Below are positions 8,094 to 18,315 of a DNA stretch of 59,509 nucleotides, one piece after another. The position numbers were made by a program, and so were the translations under genes. Below the pieces are notes generated by a model, which did not search any database, was not told where the DNA came from, and saw nothing but the letters and a program-made list of their open reading frames with translations. The stretch's first letter is position 1; each line of letters begins with the position of its first letter. Source of the DNA: a virus (Duplodnaviria; Caudoviricetes); IMG/VR virus record IMGVR_UViG_3300030433_000856, positions 1-59,509 of that record. One strand, 5' to 3'.

Positions 8094-9176
8094 GTGACTA
8101 CTAGAACTTTTACAGTTACAGTAGTAAATGTTAGTGGGTATAATAAATACTTTATTGACGGAGTACAACAACCCACTCTTACACTAGCTGAGGGTGGTAC
8201 GTATGTATTTAACTGGTCAGCAGCAACTGGTCATCCTGTTAGATTTTCTACCACTTCAAATGGCACACATAGTGGCGGAACTGAGTACACCACAGGTGTT
8301 ACAAAGGATGATGGTAATTATCTTACAACTATTCAGGTAGCAGATTCTGCTCCTACATTATATTATTATTGTCAATACCATTCCAATATGGGTGGGCAGA
8401 TTGATACTGAGTTAGCTACCACATGGGGTTTATTAGCATGGGGTGATGGAGCTTGGGGTGATCAAAATGATACATCAGTATCTGTTACTGGTGTTGCTTC
8501 CACTACTGCTGTAGGTTCTGTTACTATTGATGCAGAGATAGGAGAAGGTTGGGGTAGAGGAACTTGGGGTAATAGAGTTTGGGGTGGTGCTTATTCTGTT
8601 ATAGCTACAGGTGTAAGTGCAACTAGTGCAGTGGGTTCTGTAACAGCTTCTACATCAGTAACTGTTGCAGTATCTGGTGTAGCAACAACCTCTGCGGTAG
8701 GTAGTGTAACTACTACACAAGGTGTAGAAATAACTCCTACTGGATTAGCTCTAACTGGCTCAATAGGTACAGTTGATTTTGATGGAGATGCTTCAACTGG
8801 AGTAACAGGAGTTGCTATGACATCTGCACTAGGAGAGGCAATCGTTGCACCTATTACTTTAGTAGATATTACTGGAGTAGCTCTAACAAGTTCTGTGGGT
8901 GATGTTGTATTGTTAATGACAGGCACAGTGAATGTAACAGGTTTATCTTCTACAGCATCGGTTGGCTCAATAACTCCAGTGTCTGGATATGATGTTACTG
9001 GAGTAACTATGACCTCCGCAGTGGGCACACCAGCAGAAATAACTGGTACAGGCACAGTTGATGATGTTACTGGTGTAGCATTGACTACTAGTGTTGGAAG
9101 TGTAATAATAATTTCATGGAACAAAGTAGACACTGGAACTCCAGTGACTTGGACTAAAATAACAACAGCAGCATAA
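8094..9176 (+). CDS. Tail/virion protein with N-terminal cupredoxin-like domain and VTG repeats
   Basis: GHP...YYYCQYHSNMGG; WG repeats; VTGV..T..VG repeats; GTG start with SD GGAG. Confidence 0.7.
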   Translation: MTTRTFTVTVVNVSGYNKYFIDGVQQPTLTLAEGGTYVFNWSAATGHPVRFSTTSNGTHSGGTEYTTGVTKDDGNYLTTIQVADSAPTLYYYCQYHSNMGGQIDTELATTWGLLAWGDGAWGDQNDTSVSVTGVASTTAVGSVTIDAEIGEGWGRGTWGNRVWGGAYSVIATGVSATSAVGSVTASTSVTVAVSGVATTSAVGSVTTTQGVEITPTGLALTGSIGTVDFDGDASTGVTGVAMTSALGEAIVAPITLVDITGVALTSSVGDVVLLMTGTVNVTGLSSTASVGSITPVSGYDVTGVTMTSAVGTPAEITGTGTVDDVTGVALTTSVGSVIIISWNKVDTGTPVTWTKITTAA

Positions 9177-9189
9177 TAAAGGATAAAAT

Positions 9190-10155
9190 ATGGCTTCAAC
9201 ATACTCATCAGATTTAAAACTGGAACTCATGGCTACTGGTGAAAATGCTGGTACATGGGGAACAAAAACAAACACAAATTTAAATTTAGTACAACAAGCA
9301 ATCGGTGGATTTGAACAAGTAACAGTTGGAGATGGAGCTACAGTTGCACTAGTAATGACTGATGGCACTATATCAAACGCAAGGAACATGGTAGTCAAAG
9401 TGGCTACAGTTACTTTATCTGGAGCAACAGTTTTAACTGTGCCAGACAGTATTGAAAAAATGTACATTTTTGATGTAACTGGAGTAACTAATCCAACAAA
9501 CTTAACTATTAAAACTGCAAGTGGTTCTGGCTTTTCTCCAGACCAACAAAAAATATATTTTGCTTACGCAGATGGAACGAATATTGTTGAAGTATCACTT
9601 GATAGTTTGGGTGGTGCAATAGGTACAGCAAGTCTACCAACAGTACCGATTACAAAAGGTGGTACAGGTTTAACAGCAGCAGGTTCAGCAAATCAAGCAT
9701 TAAAAATGAATAGTGGTGGTAGTGCATTAGAGTTTGGAACATTACCTATAGCTGGTGGAGGAACTGGTGCAACAACTTTAGCTGGTGCTAATATTGTAGC
9801 ATCAAATGCAAACACAACTTTTACAAAAGCACTTAGAGGTAGCACACAAACTGCTGGTTCACAAACAGGTAGTGTCACATTAGATTTTGACACCTATCAG
9901 CATTTTGTGCTGACTGCTACAGGTAATGTTACTTTAGCTAATCCAAGTACAGAGTCAGTGGGTCAATCTGGTATAATAGTATTTATTCAAGACGGTACTG
10001 GCAGTCGTACATTAAGTTTAGGAACTGATTATGAAACTGCTGGAGGTGCTGGTTTAACAATATCAACTGCTGCTAATGCAGTCGATGTCATACCATATTT
10101 TGTCAAGGCTTCTTCAAGTATTCAATTAGGAGCACCACAACTTGCATTTGCATAG
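9190..10155 (+). CDS. Tail fibre proximal protein
   Basis: MASTYS.LKLELMATGENAGTWG N-terminus; GGTG repeats. Confidence 0.75.
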   Translation: MASTYSSDLKLELMATGENAGTWGTKTNTNLNLVQQAIGGFEQVTVGDGATVALVMTDGTISNARNMVVKVATVTLSGATVLTVPDSIEKMYIFDVTGVTNPTNLTIKTASGSGFSPDQQKIYFAYADGTNIVEVSLDSLGGAIGTASLPTVPITKGGTGLTAAGSANQALKMNSGGSALEFGTLPIAGGGTGATTLAGANIVASNANTTFTKALRGSTQTAGSQTGSVTLDFDTYQHFVLTATGNVTLANPSTESVGQSGIIVFIQDGTGSRTLSLGTDYETAGGAGLTISTAANAVDVIPYFVKASSSIQLGAPQLAFA

Positions 10156-10167
10156 GAGACATAAGTA

Positions 10168-10983
10168 ATGCCAGTACAAGGCGAATTTTTTCAAAATCCT
10201 AGTAGTGGAGCTAGTGGTTTTTATTCACATCAAATAAATTTCTCGGCTAGGCTCGATGATGGAAGCAGTAGTTATTTATCACGCACTAATAGTGGAACAG
10301 CTACTAATGAAGATGTAGGGCTTTTATCATTTTGGTTTAAAAGAGGAAATAATATTGGATCTACCACTAATGAATCTATAGCAGGAGGTAGTAGCCCACA
10401 ACATAGAATAGAATTTAACACAAATAATCCATCTGGATATAGTGATGCAATAGTATTTGTTTTTAATGATGCTTCGTCTGGATACACAACACAAGCAAGG
10501 TATCGTGACCCTACTAGTTGGACAAATTTTATTATGGAATATAATTCAGATGATTCTACTGCTGCTGATAGAATAAAATTATATATTAATGGTGTTAAAT
10601 TAGGTGCATTTAGTGATAGTAGTGTTTGGAGTTCAAACGGAGCAAATACTGAAGCATCTGGTAGAGATTTTGGTTTTACAGCTAATGGTTCTACTGTAAA
10701 TTTTGGTAGAAATCCTAATAATACTAGTTCTTACTATGATGGTTATATAGCAGAAGTAATATGTGTAGATGGTTCAGCATCTTATACAGACGTAGGAGAA
10801 TTTAAAAATTCTGTCTGGATTCCTAAACAATACACAGGCAGTTTTGGAAATAATGGATACAGGTTAACATTCTCAAATGCCAGTTCACTAGGTGCAGATT
10901 CTAGTGGTAATAGTAATGATTTTACAGCAAACAACATGGGTGCAGACCATCAAGTTCTTGATAGTCCAACATTTGGGAGTTAA
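10168..10983 (+). CDS. LamG/ConA-like lectin-domain fibre protein
   Basis: SFWFKR...RIKLYING...DGYIAE pattern. Confidence 0.7.
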   Translation: MPVQGEFFQNPSSGASGFYSHQINFSARLDDGSSSYLSRTNSGTATNEDVGLLSFWFKRGNNIGSTTNESIAGGSSPQHRIEFNTNNPSGYSDAIVFVFNDASSGYTTQARYRDPTSWTNFIMEYNSDDSTAADRIKLYINGVKLGAFSDSSVWSSNGANTEASGRDFGFTANGSTVNFGRNPNNTSSYYDGYIAEVICVDGSASYTDVGEFKNSVWIPKQYTGSFGNNGYRLTFSNASSLGADSSGNSNDFTANNMGADHQVLDSPTFGS

Positions 10984-10985
10984 TT

Positions 10986-12770
10986 ATGGCAAGTAGTGGA
11001 AATTTTGCAACATGGAATCCTTTAACTATAGGAAGTAGAGCTTCTTTAGCAGATGGTAATTTAACTATGAAAGGAACAAGTGTTGATTTAGTTGGAGTAA
11101 CTTCAACTATAGGTATAACATCTGGTAAATGGTATTGGGAAATATATATTGCTAGAGGATATGATACATATATGTATGCAGGCATAAATTCTGGTTATGA
11201 AGGTGGTGGATTTTATTCAGGATATGCTCATTTAAATGGTATGACGCCTGGTGCTATAAGAATAAGAAATAATGGTACTTTATCTGATTCTTCAAGTAGT
11301 GATGACCCTGATAGATGGGGAACAATAACTCTTAATAGTACAAATGTTCAAACTTTTGATGATGGTGACATACTTATGTTTGCATTAGACTATGATAATA
11401 AAAAATTATGGATTGGTAAAAATGGAACATTTATGAACTCTGGAAATCCTGCTGGAGGTAGTAATCAACAAGCAAGTTGGGATGGAGATGTTCCTATAAT
11501 TTATCCATGTGCTGAACCTTATTATACTAATAATAATGAAACAGCTAATTTTGGACAAGATAGTAGTTTTTCAAATAATAAAACAAGTGGTTCTGCAAAT
11601 GCTTCAGATAGTAATGGTTTTGGTGATTTTTATTATACACCACCTACAGATTATTTAGCATTAACAACAGCTAATGTGCCTATATCAAATGACATAGACC
11701 CAGCACAGACTGATGATAATATTCCAACAAAACAATTCAACACTATTCTTTATACTGGTATTGGTGGAACAAGTGCAAATAATGTAAGCGGAGTTGGATT
11801 TTCCCCTGATCTCATATGGATTAAAAATAGAGAACAAAGTGCAAATTTTTCAAATTGTTTAGTAGATTCTTCAAGAGGTCGTGCAGGTGTTTTATATAGT
11901 CAAAGAACTGATTCAGAAGCAACTTCAGCAGTAAATAGAGATATATCTTCTATTAATAGTGATGGTTTTACTATACAAGATACAAGTAATATAGATGGAA
12001 ACCAAAGTGGAATAGGATATGTTGCTTGGTGTTGGAAATGTAATGGAGGGACAACCACGTCAGATGGTTCAGGAGATATAACAGTTACAAGACAAACAAA
12101 TGATGTTGCAAAATTTAGTATATTAACTTATACAGGAAGTGGTTCTTCAGGAAACACAATAGCACATGGACTAGGAGTAAAACCTGCTATGACAATTATT
12201 AAACAAAGAAATTCTAGTAATGGGTGGAATGTATGGCATCAAGGAAACAATAATGGAGATTATGATTCTTTTGGAGAATTAAATAGTAATTCTGCTTGGT
12301 ATCAAAATCAAGGTTCTAATGGACCATACACAGCAGACCCAACGTCTAGTTTATTAACACTCTCAGCATATGGTCAAGTAAATGGAAGTGGTAATACTTA
12401 TGTGGCGTATGTTTGGGCAGATGTTGAAGGTATGCAAAAGTTTGGTTCATACACAGCTTCAGGTAATGAAGATGGACCATTTATCTATCTAGGGTTTAGA
12501 CCTAGATTAATATTTATAAAAAATGCTGATACTGGTGGTAGAAGATGGACAGTTTTAGATAGTGCAAGAAATACTTCTAATCTTGTAGATTCAGTAATAA
12601 ATTGGGACGATGCTCAAGCAGAATATGATTCAAGTGCTAGAGGTGTAGATTTTTTATCAAATGGTTTTAAAATAAAAGGTAATGATACTGATACAAACCA
12701 ATCTGGAAATACAATGCTTTATGGAGCTTGGGGTGACGTGCCCTTTAAATATGGAAATACATTTGGATAA
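10986..12770 (+). CDS. Tail fibre/receptor-binding protein with SPRY-like domain
   Basis: SGKWYWE, ALDYDNKKLWIGKNG, GFSPDLIWIKNR, HGLGVKP. Confidence 0.75.
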   Translation: MASSGNFATWNPLTIGSRASLADGNLTMKGTSVDLVGVTSTIGITSGKWYWEIYIARGYDTYMYAGINSGYEGGGFYSGYAHLNGMTPGAIRIRNNGTLSDSSSSDDPDRWGTITLNSTNVQTFDDGDILMFALDYDNKKLWIGKNGTFMNSGNPAGGSNQQASWDGDVPIIYPCAEPYYTNNNETANFGQDSSFSNNKTSGSANASDSNGFGDFYYTPPTDYLALTTANVPISNDIDPAQTDDNIPTKQFNTILYTGIGGTSANNVSGVGFSPDLIWIKNREQSANFSNCLVDSSRGRAGVLYSQRTDSEATSAVNRDISSINSDGFTIQDTSNIDGNQSGIGYVAWCWKCNGGTTTSDGSGDITVTRQTNDVAKFSILTYTGSGSSGNTIAHGLGVKPAMTIIKQRNSSNGWNVWHQGNNNGDYDSFGELNSNSAWYQNQGSNGPYTADPTSSLLTLSAYGQVNGSGNTYVAYVWADVEGMQKFGSYTASGNEDGPFIYLGFRPRLIFIKNADTGGRRWTVLDSARNTSNLVDSVINWDDAQAEYDSSARGVDFLSNGFKIKGNDTDTNQSGNTMLYGAWGDVPFKYGNTFG

Positions 12771-12789
12771 TTTTAGGAGGTGAAATAAT

Positions 12790-13431
12790 ATGTGGGGATA
12801 TGTAAAAAATAACAAAGTAGAGGAAATTATAAGATTTCCAAGAACATTTATAGATACAGATAATATAAAACACCCAAGAGCAATATTTAATACTTGGACT
12901 TGGGAACAACTAAACTCAATAGGACTTTATGAAGTTGTAGATAGTGGTAAAAAAGCAGATAATAGATTTGAATATCAATCACAAGCTGAATACAGCTACA
13001 GCAGTAAGAATAAAAATATTACTACTAGCTACACGATTCATGAAAAAGCTATTGAAGATTCTGAAGCAAAAGATGATGATGGTAAAAATATTTTAGATGA
13101 AGATGGAAACAAGATTATTAATTATGGATTAAAAACACAAGCTATAAATCAATGTAAAAGTCAAGCTAATCAATTAATATCAAGATTTAATTGGTTAGTA
13201 GAACGTAGTATTTATGATAGTAGCAAAGCTATACCTGATGAAATCAAAACTTACGTTTCTGCTATACGCAAAGACTGTGATGACATTGAAACTGCGATTA
13301 CTAATGCAAGTAACATGACTGAGTTTAAAGCATTGTATACAGATGAACTAAATAGTGATGGTTCAGTTAAAACTGTAAATAGAATAAATAGGTGGACATC
13401 AGATTCTACTGTAACCGATTACATAAGATAA
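12790..13431 (+). CDS. Putative tail fibre chaperone
   Basis: Follows the fibre; helical C-terminus (FNWLVER...YVSAIR). Confidence 0.55.
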   Translation: MWGYVKNNKVEEIIRFPRTFIDTDNIKHPRAIFNTWTWEQLNSIGLYEVVDSGKKADNRFEYQSQAEYSYSSKNKNITTSYTIHEKAIEDSEAKDDDGKNILDEDGNKIINYGLKTQAINQCKSQANQLISRFNWLVERSIYDSSKAIPDEIKTYVSAIRKDCDDIETAITNASNMTEFKALYTDELNSDGSVKTVNRINRWTSDSTVTDYIR

Positions 13432-13435
13432 TGTT

Positions 13436-15616
13436 ATGCTTAGTGAAATCCAGATTGTTGGAGGTATAAACAAACAGGTAACACCGACAGGTGCACAAGG
13501 TAAATGGATTGATTGTGATAATGTTCGTTTTCGATACGGATATCCAGAAAAAATAGGTGGTTGGGAACAAATTACCTCTAGTAAATTAGTAGGTGTGGCT
13601 AGAGACATGCACATTTGGAGTGACCTTACTGGTAAAAGATATATAGCTATAGGAACAAACAAAGGTTTGTTCATATATCATGATGGTTCAATGTATGATG
13701 TATCTCCACTAGATACAAATATAACTTCTTGTACTTTAACTACTACAAATAATTCAGCTACTGTCACAGTTAACAAAGCCTCTCATGGATTAGAGGTAGG
13801 GGATTTATTTTTATTTTCTAGTGTTACATTACCTGGTGGTAGCACTGGTTTTGTTGGTGCAGATTTTACACAAAACACCTTTGAGGTAATTACCAGAACT
13901 TCAGACACTTTTACTGTGACAGCAGGTAAAGTTGAGTCAGGTTCTGGTTTTAGTGCTGGTGGCAGTGTTACTTTATCTCCTTATTTTAAAGTAGGAGATG
14001 CAGTGCAAGTTACTGGTTATGGTTTTGGTTCTGGGTTGTATGGTGGAACTAATCCATCTATTACAAGCACAACCTTAAATGGTGCTTTGCTTGATGATAC
14101 TAATGGAACTGGTGGTTCTGGAACAACTATAACTTTAACATCTGTATCTGGTTTTAGTAGTAGTGGAGGCACATTAAAAGTAGGAGGAGAATTAATAACA
14201 TACACTGGTGTAGCAGGTAGTACAGTTACTGGCATATCAAGAGGAGCTTCTGGCTCTACTCGTTCTGCACATAGTGATGGTGCAGTTGTAGAGGAAGCAT
14301 CTAATTTTACAGGTTGGGGTGATGCCTCACCTACTGGAGAGGTTACGTTAGAGCCAGGTAATTGGTCACTGGATAATTTTGGTGAAATTTTAGTAGCTAC
14401 TGTAAAAAATAATAAAACTTTTCAATGGAATCCTAGTAGTAGTTCATCTTTGTCTACTAGAGCAACTGTCATATCAAATGCTCCTATTCAAAGTGTTATG
14501 ACAGTAATCTCAGATAGAGATAGACATTTAATCCATTTAGGAACAGAAACTACTATAGGCACATCTAGTCAAGACAAAATGTTTATACGTTTTTCTGACC
14601 AAGAAAATTTTTCTGATTATACCCCCACTTCTACTAATACTAGTGGCACATTTAGATTAGATAGTGGAACAAAAATAGTAGGTGCAGTAAATGCTGGTAG
14701 TTACATATTAATACTTACCGATACTTCTGCATATATTATGCAGTTTGTAGGACCACCTTTTACTTTTAGTATACGACAAGTTGGAGCAAACTGTGGTTTA
14801 ATATCTCAACATGGATTGGTTGCGGTAAATGGAGTTGTTTATTGGATGGGTCAAGCTGGTGGTTTTTATTTGTACGATGGTACTGTTAAAAAAATAGCAT
14901 GTTCTGTTGAAGATTTTGTTTTTACTACTCAAGATACAGATGACTTAGGTTTAAACTTTGATGCTTCTGATGTTGTCTATGCTGGTTACAATTCTTTATT
15001 TAGTGAAATTAATTGGTTTTATCCAAAAGCAGGATCTACACAAATAGATAGAGTAGTAAGTTATAACTATGCCGAGGGGTTGTGGACTATAGGCACATTA
15101 CCAAGAACTACTTATTACGATAAAACAATTTTTGATAATCCATATGCCACTGATTATGACACATCTGCTGTACCAAACTTTCCAATCATACAAGGAGTAA
15201 CAAATACGAATGGTGCAACTACTCTATATGCACATGAAAAAGGTAATAATCAAGTTTTAGCAGATGGCACTCAATCAGCGATTATAGGGAGCATACAAAG
15301 TGGTGACTTTGAAGTAAGAGGTCAACAAAATAATATGAATGTTACTGGTGAGTTTTTTATGAAGATTAGTCGTTTTATACCAGACTTTAGAGCTTTAGTA
15401 GGGAACGCAAAAGTAACAATTAATTTAAAAGATTTTCCAAGTGATACAGAAGCTAGTAGTAGTTTAGGACCTTTTACAGTAAGCAATTCAACACAAAAGG
15501 TAGATACCAGAGCTAGAGCTAGAGCTTTAAATTTAAAAATAGAAAATGAAACAGTAAATGAAAACTGGAGATACGGAACTTTTAAAGCTGATGTTCAAGC
15601 GGATGGTAGAAGATAA
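13436..15616 (+). CDS. Tail nozzle / tubular protein B / gp10-like DNA stabilisation protein
   Basis: WIDCDNVRFRYGYPEKIGGW N-terminus; ends ADGRR; beta-propeller-like composition. Confidence 0.8.
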   Translation: MLSEIQIVGGINKQVTPTGAQGKWIDCDNVRFRYGYPEKIGGWEQITSSKLVGVARDMHIWSDLTGKRYIAIGTNKGLFIYHDGSMYDVSPLDTNITSCTLTTTNNSATVTVNKASHGLEVGDLFLFSSVTLPGGSTGFVGADFTQNTFEVITRTSDTFTVTAGKVESGSGFSAGGSVTLSPYFKVGDAVQVTGYGFGSGLYGGTNPSITSTTLNGALLDDTNGTGGSGTTITLTSVSGFSSSGGTLKVGGELITYTGVAGSTVTGISRGASGSTRSAHSDGAVVEEASNFTGWGDASPTGEVTLEPGNWSLDNFGEILVATVKNNKTFQWNPSSSSSLSTRATVISNAPIQSVMTVISDRDRHLIHLGTETTIGTSSQDKMFIRFSDQENFSDYTPTSTNTSGTFRLDSGTKIVGAVNAGSYILILTDTSAYIMQFVGPPFTFSIRQVGANCGLISQHGLVAVNGVVYWMGQAGGFYLYDGTVKKIACSVEDFVFTTQDTDDLGLNFDASDVVYAGYNSLFSEINWFYPKAGSTQIDRVVSYNYAEGLWTIGTLPRTTYYDKTIFDNPYATDYDTSAVPNFPIIQGVTNTNGATTLYAHEKGNNQVLADGTQSAIIGSIQSGDFEVRGQQNNMNVTGEFFMKISRFIPDFRALVGNAKVTINLKDFPSDTEASSSLGPFTVSNSTQKVDTRARARALNLKIENETVNENWRYGTFKADVQADGRR

Positions 15617-15619
15617 TGT

Positions 15620-15964
15620 ATGGATGTCAAAAAGGTAATAAGTTTTGACAAAGGTGTAGTATGGAAAAGTGATCACACTTCAAACCCTTATGCAATTGTT
15701 TTAAAAGCAAAAAAAATATGGAAATTTACTAAAACAGAAAATCCTAAATCTTATGATTTTTTTGTTAAAATAATAAATGAAAACGCAGTAATATTTAAAT
15801 GGGGATTACAAAAACAAAAATCATTCAAAGTATTCTATCACAATGAATACTGTTATTTTTACTCTCCTAATGATACAATATATAGAGTTGTTATTAAAGA
15901 AGAAGAAAAAAAGAAAAAAGTAAAGAAACAGAAAAATAATAAAAAAAATAAAATGGTGTATTAA
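15620..15964 (+). CDS. Hypothetical protein with Lys-rich tail
   Basis: Fills the gap exactly; very AT-rich; family not recognised. Confidence 0.5.
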   Translation: MDVKKVISFDKGVVWKSDHTSNPYAIVLKAKKIWKFTKTENPKSYDFFVKIINENAVIFKWGLQKQKSFKVFYHNEYCYFYSPNDTIYRVVIKEEEKKKKVKKQKNNKKNKMVY

Positions 15965-16257
15965 TGAATAAAAAAGACCCAATAAAAGGTACAGGCAAAA
16001 AACCAAAGGGAAGCGGTAGAAGATTGTATACTGATGAAAACCCAAAAGATACAGTACGAATAAAATTTGCAACACCTACTGATGCAAGAGAAACTGTTAA
16101 AAAAGTAAAAAAATTAAAAAAGCCTTTTGCAAGAAAGATACAGATATTAACAGTTATGGAACAAAGAGCAAAAGTTATGGGAAAATCTAAGGTAGTGGAA
16201 ATAGCAAAAAAAGGTAAAGAGTCAATTAGAAGAGCAAAACAAAGGAGCACTGCATAA
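15964..16257 (+). CDS. Small basic protein (RRLYTDENPKDT motif)
   Basis: Motif common in marine phages; K-rich. Confidence 0.75.
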   Translation: MNKKDPIKGTGKKPKGSGRRLYTDENPKDTVRIKFATPTDARETVKKVKKLKKPFARKIQILTVMEQRAKVMGKSKVVEIAKKGKESIRRAKQRSTA

Positions 16258-16421
16258 TGTCTAAAATTATTACTTTCATACCAGAGCCTAAAGAAGAGTA
16301 TAATTTAGAAAATCAAAGATTGATAAATTTAGCGATTACACAAATTATAAATAAATTAAATACTTCTTATCAGCAAGAAATTAAAAACGAACAACAAGCA
16401 TTTGAGTTTTTTTTATCATGA
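16257..16421 (+). CDS. Small tail-associated protein, 54 aa (not in ORF track)
   Basis: MSKIITFIPEPKEEYNLENQRLINLAITQIINKLNTSYQQEIKNEQQAFEFFLS; SD AAGGAG; ATGA overlap with the next gene. Confidence 0.8.
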   Translation: MSKIITFIPEPKEEYNLENQRLINLAITQIINKLNTSYQQEIKNEQQAFEFFLS

Positions 16422-16759
16422 CAATACAATATAAAAATGTTGGTTTTAATTTAACCACTACTGGTACAACTTCTGTTTTGACAGCACCTACTAATGGGAG
16501 ATGTTTAGTAAAACAAATACAAGCACATAATGGTTCAACAGGAAATGTAAATTTATCAACGCAAGTAACTGATACGAGTGCTACAGCAACTTTTAGAATA
16601 GATAATGCATCTATTGCAGCTAATACAACAAGACAAATAATATCGCAAACTTTAGTATTAGAAGAGGGTGATATTATAAAAATGACCGCTGGTACAGCAA
16701 ACGAAATACAAGGTATTATATCGTATGCTTTATTAGATAGGTCGCAAGAAAATGGTTAG
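16418..16759 (+). CDS. Small beta-rich virion protein
   Basis: LVLEEGDII motif; structural context. Confidence 0.6.
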   Translation: MTIQYKNVGFNLTTTGTTSVLTAPTNGRCLVKQIQAHNGSTGNVNLSTQVTDTSATATFRIDNASIAANTTRQIISQTLVLEEGDIIKMTAGTANEIQGIISYALLDRSQENG

Positions 16760-17321
16760 CAAACTTTCAGATTCTATTTTTTTATTAAAAAGTTTTGTCA
16801 CAAAAGATTGGGCAGACAACATTGTTCAATATGCTGATTTAGTTTGCAAACAAAAAGCAACAGTCTTAGGAGAAAAAAAACATATAAAAGATACTAAAGT
16901 CAGAGATGTTTTAACATATGGTTTTAGTGAAAATGTTGAACAAGATATGGTGTATTTAAATTATTTAGTAGATGTAATATCTAAAGCACTAGAAGAATAC
17001 ATGAAGTTTTTTACTTATATAAATCCTCGTATGCGTATGGACAGTGCTAACCTTTTAAAATATGAAGTTGGTAATTATTATAAAACACATATAGATGTTC
17101 ATACCTCTGTAAACCGAATCGTTTCTGTAATTATTAATTTAAATCAAGAATACGAAGGCGGTGGTATAGTTTTTTATGAAAATAAAACGAGAGTGCCATA
17201 TACAAAATGTGACTTAAAAACTGGGGATTTGCTTATGTTTCCTAGCACTTTTCTATATCCACACAGTGTGCAACCCATAACTAAAGGTAATCGATATTCT
17301 ATAGTTGCGTGGTTGAATTAA
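16752..17321 (+). CDS. 2OG-Fe(II) oxygenase (prolyl-4-hydroxylase-like)
   Basis: HID...YEGG...FPS...H...RYSIV. Confidence 0.9.
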   Translation: MVSKLSDSIFLLKSFVTKDWADNIVQYADLVCKQKATVLGEKKHIKDTKVRDVLTYGFSENVEQDMVYLNYLVDVISKALEEYMKFFTYINPRMRMDSANLLKYEVGNYYKTHIDVHTSVNRIVSVIINLNQEYEGGGIVFYENKTRVPYTKCDLKTGDLLMFPSTFLYPHSVQPITKGNRYSIVAWLN

Positions 17322-17328
17322 TATCTTG

Positions 17329-17358
17329 TTGACATTATGTGATATGATTTGATATAAT
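17329..17358 (+). promoter_or_regulatory. Strong early-type promoter with TGTGATAT operator
   Basis: TTGACA-18-TATAAT with extended -10; 21 bp identical to 46298-46318. Confidence 0.85.
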
Positions 17359-17385
17359 AAGTTATAACAAAGGAGAAAAATTAAA

Positions 17386-18252
17386 ATGACAAACAATTAT
17401 TATTACATTACAACTGGGCAGTTACAAAGAGTTGAACTTTATGATATAGCTAATGCTAAATCGCATTACTATACATCTGGTGGCAATAAAATGTATGTTT
17501 TGAGACATTCATTTGAAGGTGATAATGGTACTGTTAGAGATTGGTATGTTAAAACTTTATCAAAAAATATAGATGTTGCAATTGAGAAAGCTAAAGAATG
17601 GGTAAAAGAAAATGGTGAAAAAAATCACGATTTAATTATTAATAGCGATTATCAAGAAGTAGACCCTAATGACACAATACCTCAATGGGTCAAAGATATT
17701 AAAAAAAGCAATGAAATAGAAAAGGATAAAACAAAAGAACGAGTAAAAAAGTGGAAAGCAGAGAGAGAAAAAAAACTGTTAGAGCAAGAGAAAAGAAATA
17801 AAAAGATTTTATTAGAGTTATCTCAATCTGAGTATGTGGGTCAACCTAAAGATAAATTAGAAAAAAAATTAACTATTAAATCGTGGTTTACAAAAGAAAT
17901 TACACCTTATTGTTATGGAGCTGATGATCATATGAATATTATTACTCTAGAAGATGAGGACAAAAATCAATATACATATTTTGGTAGTGCAAGTATTGGC
18001 ACTGACCTTGAAAAAGATTATGAAACTAGAGATAAAAATAATAAGTTAATAAATTTTGTAGAGCCAAAAGATAGAGTGGGTAATACTTATACAATTAAAT
18101 TTACTGTAAAAAAACATTCTTTATATACTCCTAAATTTGCTAGAATTTTTGAAAACCCACATTTTAAAGATAAGTACACAATAAATGATTACGGAGTAGA
18201 TTTTAAAGGTGCAAAGCAAACTGTAATACAAAGACCTAAAGTAATAAATTAG
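17386..18252 (+). CDS. Hypothetical early-type protein with OB-fold-like C-terminus
   Basis: Own promoter, RBS and terminator; SEYVG...TIKFTVKKH...KQTVIQRPK pattern. Confidence 0.75.
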   Translation: MTNNYYYITTGQLQRVELYDIANAKSHYYTSGGNKMYVLRHSFEGDNGTVRDWYVKTLSKNIDVAIEKAKEWVKENGEKNHDLIINSDYQEVDPNDTIPQWVKDIKKSNEIEKDKTKERVKKWKAEREKKLLEQEKRNKKILLELSQSEYVGQPKDKLEKKLTIKSWFTKEITPYCYGADDHMNIITLEDEDKNQYTYFGSASIGTDLEKDYETRDKNNKLINFVEPKDRVGNTYTIKFTVKKHSLYTPKFARIFENPHFKDKYTINDYGVDFKGAKQTVIQRPKVIN

Positions 18253-18266
18253 GTCTTTTATTTTTT
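18230..18266 (+). terminator. Intrinsic terminator
   Basis: AAAGACCTAA/TTAGGTCTTT followed by a T-rich tail. Confidence 0.65.
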
Positions 18267-18315
18267 ATTATGTGTGATATTATTTAGTTGTTTTTATTCA
18301 AAAATTCTCCAATTC

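Noticed and set aside
8591-9467. Long antisense ORFs (8591-9208, 9114-9467) and similar shadows (877, 2915, 5245, 25309, 32245, 58661 and others)
   Set aside because: They lie opposite well-supported genes and are explained by codon bias; no SD or recognisable motifs.
9640-9790. GGTG repeats in the fibre as members of the GG tag family
   Set aside because: These are common structural repeats of tail fibres in a Gly-rich context, so they were excluded from the motif count.
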